IMG/VR virus record: IMGVR_UViG_3300011116_001156
Coordinates: 1-51,268 of that record
Strand: one strand, 5' to 3'
DNA from: a virus
Lineage: Duplodnaviria > Caudoviricetes
DNA length: 51,268 bases
Positions 1 to 8,010 of the stretch are shown here, in pieces. Within the stretch, counting starts at the first letter, position 1. Every line of letters starts with the position of its first letter. The notes beneath the pieces are model-generated. The model was given only the letters and a program-made list of their open reading frames with translations, was not told the origin of the DNA and made no database searches. The position numbers and the translations under genes are program-made.

Positions 1-127
1 GCCCCCACGACTCGGGGGCATTTCTTTGCGAGTCAATTGCGAATGCCTATCACTCACATTCGCATTGCAATTGCAACTTACTCGCACTCGCAACGGTGCC
101 ACCACCAGGCGGACAAGCCGGGGGGAC
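1..127. repeat. Terminal direct repeat (left copy), probably an assembly overlap of a circular contig
   Basis: 1-127 is identical to 51142-51268; 127 is a common maximum assembler k-mer. Confidence 0.9.
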
Positions 128-295
128 TGGCCGGACTTGGGTGGGTTTCCTTGCTTGGTGCACCAGGAGCCATACTTTCCCCAAAAAATACCTGGGCCAT
201 CTTTGGCAGAATGCCCAAACTGAATTTGCTAATTTTCACAAAATCTACCCAGCCCACCTTTCGCGGCCCCGCGCCCGATCCCACTGCAACATTCC

Positions 296-323
296 TTGAC
301 CGCCGCGCACCATACTATAGAGT
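296..323 (+). promoter_or_regulatory. Putative sigma70-like late promoter
   Basis: TTGACC-16nt-TAGAGT upstream of 363; the same TATAGAGTC occurs at 3905-3913. Confidence 0.4.
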
Positions 324-362
324 CAACCATACATTGTAATTCCACTCTCACCAGCCAGTCCC

Positions 363-1010
363 GTGAACCAGGCATTGCCCCAGCCAGTCCTACTTCCAGA
401 GTTAGATCTCGGGTCTGCCAGGGGTGGCAAGGCCGGAGTCAACAAGCTGCCCCTTTCTGTCAGCATTGTACGCCCGCTGGACCAGTCTGACCTGCCCGCC
501 ATTCTGAATCCGCCAGCAGTGGCAGCGCCAGCACAAACTGTCAAGTCCATCCGGCATTCCCATCACAGGCTGGCACAACTGATCGCGGAAGGCAAGCCGG
601 GGACTGAGATAGCACTGGCAACTGGCTATTCGCAAGCATACATCAGCACCCTCCAGGGCGATCCCGCGTTCGAAGAGCTGATCGCGTACTACGCTGAGCA
701 GAGAAAAGAAATCTTCGTCGATGCGCAGCAGAGGCTGAAAGCCCTTGGCCTGGATGCCACTGAGAAGCTCCACGAACGCCTCGATGACCCGACCATCGTC
801 TGGAGCAATAACCAACTGATGGACCTGATCCAGATGACTGGAATCACCCAGGTCGGGGCCAAGGGGCAACCGTTGCAAGGCCCGCCCGGTTCTGGTGCTG
901 CCGTCTCCCTCGAGATCAAGTTTGTCGGAGCGACTCCAGTTGTCTCCACCTCTGTCGATGGGCAGTTCACTGATGTGACCCCGAACTCTGGAGCCTCCAT
1001 TGTCGAGTGA
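363..1010 (+). CDS. HTH DNA-binding protein, probable terminase small subunit
   Basis: HTH (HHRLAQLIAEGKPGTEIALATGYSQAYIS), helical middle region and C-terminal beta strand VSLEIKFVG; first gene of the late arm. Confidence 0.6.
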   Translation: MNQALPQPVLLPELDLGSARGGKAGVNKLPLSVSIVRPLDQSDLPAILNPPAVAAPAQTVKSIRHSHHRLAQLIAEGKPGTEIALATGYSQAYISTLQGDPAFEELIAYYAEQRKEIFVDAQQRLKALGLDATEKLHERLDDPTIVWSNNQLMDLIQMTGITQVGAKGQPLQGPPGSGAAVSLEIKFVGATPVVSTSVDGQFTDVTPNSGASIVE

Positions 1011-1227
1011 TCCGATCAACCTCCTCCGCGATAGAATTGATACAGTCGAATCAAACGCGGAGGATACCAAGCATTTGCTAAGGCAGCACGTGAGTGAGTG
1101 TACCGCGTTGCAGAAGAAGGGGATGTTACTGAGCGGGGCCATTTTGGTCTGGATGCTGACCCATTCCATTGAGGCCGAGCATGTGATTGCTATATTGCTG
1201 AAAGTTGCAAAGTTTTTAGGGCTCTAG
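1000..1227 (+). CDS. Small membrane protein, holin/antiholin-like
   Basis: Coiled N-terminus plus hydrophobic C-terminal segment; directly upstream of the endolysin. Confidence 0.5.
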   Translation: MSSDPINLLRDRIDTVESNAEDTKHLLRQHVSECTALQKKGMLLSGAILVWMLTHSIEAEHVIAILLKVAKFLGL

Positions 1228-1229
1228 CT

Positions 1230-1604
1230 ATGCCAATGTTCAGTGAAAAAAGCAAAGAACGGTTGCAGAGTTGCCACAGCGACTTGCAGAAGCTTTTCTT
1301 CGATGTAATCCAGATGGCTGACTGCGCCATTCTCTGCGGGCACAGGGATGAGGCGGACCAGGCTGCAGCTTGCGCGAAGGGGAACAGTAATACGCCGTGG
1401 CCTACCAGCAAGCACAATTCATGCCCAAGCCTCGCTGTTGATGTTGCCCCATATCCGATTGACTGGAACGACATCCAGCGCTTTAAGGACTTCGCCACGT
1501 TGGTCAAAGAACGAGCCTCCGCACTTGGCATCGCGATTCGCTGGGGTGGAGACTTTCGCACACTCGCTGACTATGACCATTTTGAACTAGTGGAGTCTGT
1601 CTGA
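1230..1604 (+). CDS. Endolysin, M15-family L-Ala-D-Glu peptidase
   Basis: GHR...Q, SKH, AVD and WGGDF...D.DHFEL zinc peptidase motifs. Confidence 0.9.
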   Translation: MPMFSEKSKERLQSCHSDLQKLFFDVIQMADCAILCGHRDEADQAAACAKGNSNTPWPTSKHNSCPSLAVDVAPYPIDWNDIQRFKDFATLVKERASALGIAIRWGGDFRTLADYDHFELVESV

Positions 1605-1897
1605 TGGAAAACCGCCGACGGAGAGGTCAGTTCTTTGCCGTTTTCCTGCTGGTGGTCATTGTGGCGCTGTTCGCAGCGATTCTTGGCGCGATCACGCTGC
1701 GCCAGCCAAGTCCAGAGGTCACGACTGCGCTCGTTGGCTGGGGTGGGACACTCATTGGCGCGCTGGGCACCGCGATTAGCTATGAATGGGGCAGCAGCAA
1801 AGGATCGGCCATGAAAGACGAGCTGATGGCCGCGCCACGTCCAGATGGTACTTCGCCAGCAACTCCTGCCACCACAACTGAAGGGGCCAAGCCGTGA
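1604..1897 (+). CDS. Holin-like protein with two TM helices
   Basis: Basic N-terminus, two hydrophobic helices, YEWGSSKGS tail; follows the endolysin. Confidence 0.7.
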   Translation: MENRRRRGQFFAVFLLVVIVALFAAILGAITLRQPSPEVTTALVGWGGTLIGALGTAISYEWGSSKGSAMKDELMAAPRPDGTSPATPATTTEGAKP

Positions 1898-2235
1898 AGC
1901 ACCAGATAGCAGCACTCGCCATCGCAGCAGGCCTGGCTAGTTGCGCCACTGGCCCTGGAACTGGTTCCTCTGCCCAGGCTGACTTCGACCGTGCTTGCAA
2001 GTACGCGAATGGAGTTCTCTCCGCTGCCGAGCCCATCATCCCCATCGCGCAGGGGCTGATCCAGGCAAAGTTCGGGAATGACAGCTCGCTAGCATTTCAG
2101 TCCTTTGTCAGCACTGTAAAGACCACTTGCGGCAAGCCGCTTGATCTGGCCAATGCCGCTGCTATCACCCAACGAATCTACGATGCTGGCGGGCATATCG
2201 TCGCGCTGATCGTCCAGTCACAGGCTGGTCAATGA
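1894..2235 (+). CDS. Lipoprotein in the lysis cassette
   Basis: Signal peptide with lipobox LAS-C. Confidence 0.65.
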   Translation: MKHQIAALAIAAGLASCATGPGTGSSAQADFDRACKYANGVLSAAEPIIPIAQGLIQAKFGNDSSLAFQSFVSTVKTTCGKPLDLANAAAITQRIYDAGGHIVALIVQSQAGQ

Positions 2236-2435
2236 TCGGGCAGATTCTCACCCTTTTGAAGGGCCTCGCTGTCGCGATTGGCTGGGTAAAGCAGGCATCG
2301 GATGAACACACTGGGGCTGAGTTGGAGAAGGGAAATGCTGCGACTGAAGTGCTATCAACTGTACAGCGTAGTGCTGATGCTGTATCTGATCCTGGAAACC
2401 TTAGTCGCGTGCAGCAACAGTCCTTCCGTGATTGA
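2232..2435 (+). CDS. Probable i-spanin (Rz-like)
   Basis: N-terminal TM anchor and helical periplasmic part; overlaps a lipoprotein gene. Confidence 0.55.
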   Translation: MIGQILTLLKGLAVAIGWVKQASDEHTGAELEKGNAATEVLSTVQRSADAVSDPGNLSRVQQQSFRD

Positions 2436-2568
2436 GGCAAGATGTTTGACTGACAGATGGATGTGCGCGAGCCATTCTGATAGCGAAGCTACCATTGACC
2501 AGATTGTAGCACACAATGCTAGCTTTGCTGCTGTTTGCCCAACATCGCCACAGAAGTGTAAGGAATGA
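2335..2568 (+). CDS. Probable o-spanin (Rz1-like lipoprotein)
   Basis: Overlaps the i-spanin in another frame; GGAG RBS, lipobox LVA-C, C-terminal HN...AAVCP. Confidence 0.6.
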   Translation: MLRLKCYQLYSVVLMLYLILETLVACSNSPSVIEARCLTDRWMCASHSDSEATIDQIVAHNASFAAVCPTSPQKCKE

Positions 2569-2572
2569 TCAG

Positions 2573-2968
2573 ATGAAATTTAGCAAGGTTGCTCTTCTCT
2601 CCGCAATCTGGGTCGCGTGTCTGCCCAAACTGGCCGCCGCGACTCCCCCAGCCCAGGCGCTGTTTGGCACGATCAATGGGCAGTCGGTGGCAATCTATGC
2701 CAGCAACTCTAGCTTCGGCGTGTGCTTCCAGGGCGAGGCTCAGCAGCCCGGTCAGCCGTGGACCTCGTTCATGACGTTTGACTGCGGGATTGATCAGGGC
2801 AAGCTGGATGCTCACGGTGGCGCGGCAGGGTATATTACCTACATGCTGCCGGACATTAATGCGCGAATCAGTGGTTACTTTGGAGGGGGAAGTGGAATTG
2901 AAGCTCAATTGGATGAGGCGTTTAACGCCAGCTTTAAGTTTGTTGGTGCTAGCTTGCAGCCTAAGTAA
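2573..2968 (+). CDS. Secreted hypothetical protein
   Basis: MKFSKVALLSAIWVACLPKLAAA signal-like peptide; one Cys pair in the mature part. Confidence 0.55.
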   Translation: MKFSKVALLSAIWVACLPKLAAATPPAQALFGTINGQSVAIYASNSSFGVCFQGEAQQPGQPWTSFMTFDCGIDQGKLDAHGGAAGYITYMLPDINARISGYFGGGSGIEAQLDEAFNASFKFVGASLQPK

Positions 2969-3080
2969 CTGCGGAAGCACGGGTGGTGCCATTGCAGTGC
3001 CGCTTTCGGTGGAAACTCAGCTAAATTCAGCCCTGCAAGGCTATGCATTGGGGCAAACTGGGCTGTACTTAAGTGACTAA
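2913..3080 (+). CDS. Small lipoprotein
   Basis: MRRLTPALSLLVLACSLSN-C lipoprotein-type signal. Confidence 0.4.
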   Translation: MRRLTPALSLLVLACSLSNCGSTGGAIAVPLSVETQLNSALQGYALGQTGLYLSD

Positions 3081-3116
3081 AGGCGCAGTCTTTAATTCTG
3101 GAAAGAGAAAATTAAA

Positions 3117-3380
3117 ATGACTGGTAAAAAAGGTGTATCCCTGAGTGTTGGCCGAGGCGAGAAATTGTCAGTCAGCAAAGGCGCGGGATTGACAGCTAAA
3201 GGTCGCGAGAAATACAATCGCGCGACTGGGTCTAATCTAAAAGCTCCCGCGCCAAGCCCTAAAACAAGTGCTGATAAAGGCCGAAAGGCTAGTTTCTGCG
3301 CTCGTATGAAGGGAGTTGTTGATCATGCTAGCGGCCCTGCCGAGCGCGCCAAGGCATCGCTCAAACGGTGGAAATGTTAG
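3117..3380 (+). CDS. Small basic conserved phage protein (DUF6321-like)
   Basis: GLTAKGR..YN..TGSNLKAP...RKASFCARM...SLKRWKC pattern. Confidence 0.65.
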   Translation: MTGKKGVSLSVGRGEKLSVSKGAGLTAKGREKYNRATGSNLKAPAPSPKTSADKGRKASFCARMKGVVDHASGPAERAKASLKRWKC

Positions 3381-3393
3381 GCAGGGCTTGCAA

Positions 3394-3909
3394 ATGAGCC
3401 GGGTCATTTCTGGGCTCAAGTGGGCGAGAGTTGCGGATAGGCCGGGCTTCGCGCGCCAGTCTCGAGCTAAAGGCTCCAAATACCAGGGGCTGAAGTACGA
3501 GCGGCAGCTGTCTCTGGCTATTCCTGCGGCCAAGCATGGGCAGTGGTTCCAATTTGAGGACCGGAATGGGCCAGGTTGGTGTCAGACTGACCTGATCTTC
3601 GGCGCGCTAGGCAGGGTTGTCTGCCTAGAGGCAAAGTACACCTGGACCTCCGCCGGACACCATCAGATAAACAAGCTGTACCGCCCTATCCTCGAGGCTG
3701 TTTATGGTCGGGCTGTTGCTGGGATCGTGGTCTGCAAGACTCTGACGACGGAAACCCCCAGACTCTGGGTCTGTCCCGACCTGGAAACGGCTGTCTGCCG
3801 TGCAGCCTCGGGCGAGTACTCCGTGCTGCACTGGCTTGGCACCGGGCTCGGGCCATTGCAGACAAAATCTCCCTCTCTCCCACTTGCATCTTCCCTCGCA
3901 CAATTATAG
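3394..3909 (+). CDS. PD-(D/E)XK nuclease, resolvase-like
   Basis: G.KYE...QTD...LEAK catalytic pattern. Confidence 0.6.
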   Translation: MSRVISGLKWARVADRPGFARQSRAKGSKYQGLKYERQLSLAIPAAKHGQWFQFEDRNGPGWCQTDLIFGALGRVVCLEAKYTWTSAGHHQINKLYRPILEAVYGRAVAGIVVCKTLTTETPRLWVCPDLETAVCRAASGEYSVLHWLGTGLGPLQTKSPSLPLASSLAQL

Positions 3910-3912
3910 AGT
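3884..3912 (+). promoter_or_regulatory. Putative late promoter
   Basis: TTGCAT-17nt-TAGAGT upstream of 3986. Confidence 0.4.
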
Positions 3913-3985
3913 CCAATTATTCAATCTCTCCCCGGCTGGGGGTTCCAGCCAGCACAGCAGGGGCATCGCCCCAGGAGCCAGAATT

Positions 3986-4240
3986 ATGATGAAACCCACT
4001 GGTGGCGATGCCACCCAGGCGAAACAGGCCGCTGTCATCAACGACGCGCAGAACTACCAGCCCAAAGGCGCGGTGAATCCGATGAACAGCAGCAATAGTT
4101 CCAAGGTCGGTCCTGGTGGGCTGTCAGGTGCGGTCGCTGAGCTGAAGACTCAGCATCCGATCGAGCACTATGACCACGGCCCGCATCATGGGACTAGCTC
4201 TCACATCCGCCACGAGCCAGTCGGTAAAGTCTACCGCTAG
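3986..4240 (+). CDS. Hypothetical protein with a His-rich C-terminus
   Basis: AGGAG RBS before ATG 3986. Confidence 0.6.
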   Translation: MMKPTGGDATQAKQAAVINDAQNYQPKGAVNPMNSSNSSKVGPGGLSGAVAELKTQHPIEHYDHGPHHGTSSHIRHEPVGKVYR

Positions 4241-4269
4241 CGCGCGCTCTGGTCCCAGGAGGACAGCAA

Positions 4270-4482
4270 ATGGCTAGACTCAACGATACCACTGCCCTCT
4301 CTCGCCAGGGCATTAGGAAGGCTGGATTTGAAACTGCTGATGAGCCGTTTCATGTCCTACCAGCGGCGGCTGCATCCGCTGATGCTGCTGTCTGCGGCCC
4401 TCAGCCGGGTAAGTTCCGTCGCGAAACTGGGGCAGGGAATGAGTCCCTGGCTGAGGCGACAAAGTGCATGGAGTATTGCTAG
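4270..4482 (+). CDS. Hypothetical protein
   Basis: AGGAGG RBS; tight operon packing. Confidence 0.6.
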   Translation: MARLNDTTALSRQGIRKAGFETADEPFHVLPAAAASADAAVCGPQPGKFRRETGAGNESLAEATKCMEYC

Positions 4483-5031
4483 ATGTTGACCCTTCGCGAG
4501 ACCCTCGGCCTTCCCCCGCATAAGGGTACTCTGCGTGGGTCGCGCTCCCAGAGTTGGCGTGGCATGGCGCTGGCTCTGGGAGTTCTTTTCGGCCTAGGCG
4601 CTAGCGCCCCGGCGAGTGCTCAGCCAGCGAATGGATTGTTCTGGCAGTGTGTGGTCCCGAGTACTGCTAGCCCGAGTGGCGGATACTGCCCGGTGAGCAT
4701 GGGGTATCCGTTGCCAGTGGGGCAGGAAATTCGCGGCTGGCTGCCGGTGGTAGGTACTCAGCGAGGACTGAGCATTGCCACCTCGACTGCCCTGACTATC
4801 CCGACTGGTGCGACCATTGCGATGGTACAGGCTCAGGGAACAGGGGCCACCGTTGGCGGCCAGTGCGCGTTTTTCCAGGACGATGGTACTGCCCCGACGG
4901 CGACAGCGGGGCAGATTCTGGTCCCGAATCAGACGATTGTACTCAGCGGAACTTCGCTAACAGCATTCCGAGTGATCGCTGCCTCCGGTGTTGGTGCGAG
5001 CTGCACCCTGACCGCTAGCTACTACAAATAG
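4483..5031 (+). CDS. Beta-rich virion-type protein with signal peptide
   Basis: Basic N-region, hydrophobic core and ASA-Q cleavage site; DDGTAPTAT motif; two Cys pairs. Confidence 0.6.
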   Translation: MLTLRETLGLPPHKGTLRGSRSQSWRGMALALGVLFGLGASAPASAQPANGLFWQCVVPSTASPSGGYCPVSMGYPLPVGQEIRGWLPVVGTQRGLSIATSTALTIPTGATIAMVQAQGTGATVGGQCAFFQDDGTAPTATAGQILVPNQTIVLSGTSLTAFRVIAASGVGASCTLTASYYK

Positions 5032-5043
5032 CCTGGTGCTGGT

Positions 5044-5307
5044 ATGACTGCCCTGCTCCCGAACGCGCAACAGCAATTCTGTGATGCCAATGGAAAGCCG
5101 CTGGCGGGAGGGTATGTTTACTTCTACGAGGTCGGGACGACTACTCCAAAGGCGACGTATCAGGACCTCGCGCTCAGTGTCGCGAATGCAAATCCCGTGA
5201 TCCTGGACTCAGCTGGTCGCGCTACCATCTGGGGAAGCGGGAACTACCGGCAGATGCTGTACGATGTCTTCAACAATCTGATCTGGGATGGGACAACCTC
5301 AGGATGA
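5044..5307 (+). CDS. Stand-alone head-binding (virion anchor) domain of podovirus tailspike/fibre type
   Basis: QQF.DANGKPLAGG.VYFY..GTTTPK.TY...N.NPVILDSAGRA.IWGSG.YRQ, usually the N-terminus of long fibres. Confidence 0.75.
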   Translation: MTALLPNAQQQFCDANGKPLAGGYVYFYEVGTTTPKATYQDLALSVANANPVILDSAGRATIWGSGNYRQMLYDVFNNLIWDGTTSG

Positions 5308-6749
5308 AGCCATTTCATTTCCCAGTCCTGGGAGCAGCGCTGCTCCTTGCGACCAGCGCTCTTGCTCAACCGCAGACCCAGTGTGTCAGCAATGCCATCG
5401 CTGGCGGGACTGTTGACAATATCACCATCCCGCTGCAGCCCTGCGGACTCAGTACAAACATTCTGATCCTAACTGCTGCTGGCGCGAATACAATCGCGCA
5501 GCCGACGTTGCAGATGGCGGGGTATCCGAGGCAGAATATTTATACCTCGACTGGAACTGCCCCTGGGATCGGGATTATTCCTGGTGCTGGAGCCACCATT
5601 CTGCTGACTAGCACTGGGACTGCCTGGAAGATTGTCTCTGGCAATGCGAGTACGACATTCTCTGGTGTCCTAACCGTCCCGAATGGCGGGACTGGTGTTG
5701 CAACCATCGGTTCCAATGGGCTGATGGTCGGGCAGGGTACGGGCGCAGTCACGACTGTCACTGCCGGGACGACTGGGCAGATTCTGAATGGGAACACTGG
5801 CAGCCCGCCCAGTTGGGTTACAGCTGGTGCAACTGGCACGTTCCTTGGCGGAAACACTGGCGCCGCCCCGAGCTTTAAGACAATTAGCAGCAACTTGGTT
5901 TCGAGTATCTCCTTCGGAAGCACTGGGCTGACGCCGAACAGTGCGACGACAGGGGCGGTTACTGTTGCAGGCACGCTGGGAGTCGCGAATGGCGGGACGG
6001 GACTGACGACGGGGTACATCAATGGCGCGCTGCCGATAGGCAATGGTACTGGGTTTACCCTGGCAAGGTTGACCGCTGGGGTGAATACTATCATCACCAA
6101 TGGCGCTGGCAGCATCACCATCGACACGACGGGGAGCACGACTGCCTGCGGTGGCGGGAGTGTTGCGACACAGGTGCTGACTGATAATGGATCGAATGGC
6201 TGTACTTCCAATCCAGGGCTGAAGTTTACTTCCAATACGCTGAGCATCGCTGGCAGCACGTCCGGGACGCTGGGATTGAAGGCGGCTGCGATTGCTGGGA
6301 GCAATACCCTGACCCTTCCCGCTGGCACGACGGATTTCTCCGCGACCGGCGGGACGAGTCAGGTGGTCAAGCAGACGACCTCTGGTGGCGCTCTGACAGT
6401 TGGGCAGCTGGCCTGCTCCGATCTCTCCAACGCGAGTTCTGGTTGTTCTGGTGCAGCTTCTCTGACAGAGGGCGGAGCGAAGACAACTAGCTTCAACGCG
6501 GCGAGCAATACTACCTACTGTATTGACACAGTGACTGGGGTGGCCACTCTGACTGCGACTCTCCCTGCCAGTCCGAGCAATAACGATACTATCGAGTTTG
6601 TCTCCTGCGCAAACTACGCGACTTACAACTTCATTGTTGCCAGGAATGGGAACAATCTACAGGGACTGGCGCAGGACATGACTGTCAATACGAATAATGC
6701 GAGTTTCACTGTTAAGTTCTACACTACCTACGGCTGGAGGATGAAATAA
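5304..6749 (+). CDS. Tail-fibre-like protein with Sec signal peptide
   Basis: V.NGGTG repeats and C-terminal TLPASPS..D...RNG..QG...GW fibre domain; N-terminal MKPFHFPVLGAALLLATSALA-Q; 8 Cys in neighbouring pairs. Confidence 0.7.
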   Translation: MKPFHFPVLGAALLLATSALAQPQTQCVSNAIAGGTVDNITIPLQPCGLSTNILILTAAGANTIAQPTLQMAGYPRQNIYTSTGTAPGIGIIPGAGATILLTSTGTAWKIVSGNASTTFSGVLTVPNGGTGVATIGSNGLMVGQGTGAVTTVTAGTTGQILNGNTGSPPSWVTAGATGTFLGGNTGAAPSFKTISSNLVSSISFGSTGLTPNSATTGAVTVAGTLGVANGGTGLTTGYINGALPIGNGTGFTLARLTAGVNTIITNGAGSITIDTTGSTTACGGGSVATQVLTDNGSNGCTSNPGLKFTSNTLSIAGSTSGTLGLKAAAIAGSNTLTLPAGTTDFSATGGTSQVVKQTTSGGALTVGQLACSDLSNASSGCSGAASLTEGGAKTTSFNAASNTTYCIDTVTGVATLTATLPASPSNNDTIEFVSCANYATYNFIVARNGNNLQGLAQDMTVNTNNASFTVKFYTTYGWRMK

Positions 6750-7984
6750 TGTCTAAGCTCTTCCGAGGAACTCTCGCGCTAGTTCTCTGCTCATTGCTGA
6801 GCCTTGGCTCCGCCGATGCGAGCACGTTCCAACAGTTCTTCCTCAATGGGAACCAGTCCAACCTGCTGGAATGGCGTGCAGCGAGTGCGACTTGGACAGT
6901 CCCGGCAGGGATTACTTCTGTCCGTGTTGGTGTCTGCGGACCTGGAGGCGGTGGTGCTGGGAGCAATACTAGCACTGACCGCGTTGTCGGTGGCGGAGGT
7001 GGCGGTTACGCTGAGGCACTGAAGGCTGTCATTCCTGGTGAGACGATCACTATCACGCTTGGCGCTGGCGGAGCGGGCGGTGCAAATGCTAGCGGCTCGG
7101 CTGGCAGTAATGCGACTGTTGTTGCTGGAACTTCTGCCTGGACGTTGACGGGGACTGCTGGGGCTGGTGGCACCAAGGGCGCTGGGACAATCACTGGTGC
7201 TGCTGGTGGCATTCCGACCGGTGGAGACATCAACTCAACTGGTGGTGCTTCTGGGACTGTAAGTGCTAACTCTGGAGCGTCCGGCGGCGGTGCGCCTGGG
7301 CATCCAGCAGGTACGGGCGCGGCATCGGGGTTGATCTCTGCTGCCGGTCCCGCCGCAACGGGTGGTGCGGGGCTTCGCGGAGCATCTGGCGCGATTACAG
7401 CCGTGACGACCTCTGCCGCGACCGGTGGAGGCGGTGCCGGGTTTGCGAGTGGTGCAGTTAGTTCGGGGACAAGCACTTACAGTTCGGGCGGCGGAACGAT
7501 TACCGCGAGTCCCGCAAACGGTAACAATACGATTGGTGGCGGTGGCTTCACCGGAATGCAAGTTAGCGGTTCCACACTCGCTGCTTCTTCGACTGGGAAT
7601 GCTGCGTTTTACGTTGGGGCGCAGCCACTAATTTACGCCGCGCTTACATCTCTTGGGTCCGGCGCAAATGGCGGTGTGAATCCAGGAGAACCGGGCGGCG
7701 GGGGGTCTGGAAATACGGCGAGCACTTCGGCGGCAGGTGGCGGTGGGCTTGGCGCAGGTAGCGGCGGATCGGCCAATGCTGGCGGCAACGCAACGGGGGG
7801 TCCTGGCTCGGCTTATGGCAGCGTCAAGTTGCCTGGGCCTTTCGGCGGCGGCGGCGGGGCGGCTTCGTCAAGCGGCACAGCAGTTGGCGGCCCAGGTGGA
7901 CTCTGTGCAGGCGGTGGCGGCGCTGTGGGGACTACAGGGACCGGCGGCGACGGAGGACCTAGCTATTCGTGGGTTAAGTATTAG
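6749..7984 (+). CDS. Glycine-rich adhesin/fibre-tip protein with signal peptide
   Basis: TWTVPAGITSVRV...GGGG glycine-rich domain; N-terminal MSKLFRGTLALVLCSLLSLGSADA. Confidence 0.7.
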   Translation: MSKLFRGTLALVLCSLLSLGSADASTFQQFFLNGNQSNLLEWRAASATWTVPAGITSVRVGVCGPGGGGAGSNTSTDRVVGGGGGGYAEALKAVIPGETITITLGAGGAGGANASGSAGSNATVVAGTSAWTLTGTAGAGGTKGAGTITGAAGGIPTGGDINSTGGASGTVSANSGASGGGAPGHPAGTGAASGLISAAGPAATGGAGLRGASGAITAVTTSAATGGGGAGFASGAVSSGTSTYSSGGGTITASPANGNNTIGGGGFTGMQVSGSTLAASSTGNAAFYVGAQPLIYAALTSLGSGANGGVNPGEPGGGGSGNTASTSAAGGGGLGAGSGGSANAGGNATGGPGSAYGSVKLPGPFGGGGGAASSSGTAVGGPGGLCAGGGGAVGTTGTGGDGGPSYSWVKY

Positions 7985-8010
7985 GGAATAACCATCCACT
8001 CCTCCCACCT

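Noticed and set aside
1-127. Terminal repeat as a biological DTR
   Set aside because: It is exactly 127 bp and starts mid-hairpin, which fits an assembler overlap; physical ends cannot be inferred from it
4270-5307. Three consecutive in-frame ORFs separated by TAG, suggesting amber recoding or readthrough
   Set aside because: Conserved genes have no internal TAG, and the coat gene ends at TAG at its natural terminus; probably coincidence
5295-5310. Programmed -1 frameshift fusing the anchor to the fibre
   Set aside because: No slippery heptamer, and the downstream ORF begins with a complete signal peptide
5540-7561. Long antisense ORFs over the fibre genes (also 11853-12737 and 43608-44459)
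   Set aside because: Shadow ORFs expected from GC-rich codon bias; no motifs or RBS
5304-7984. Diversity-generating retroelement acting on the fibre genes
   Set aside because: No reverse transcriptase and no template/variable repeat pair seen
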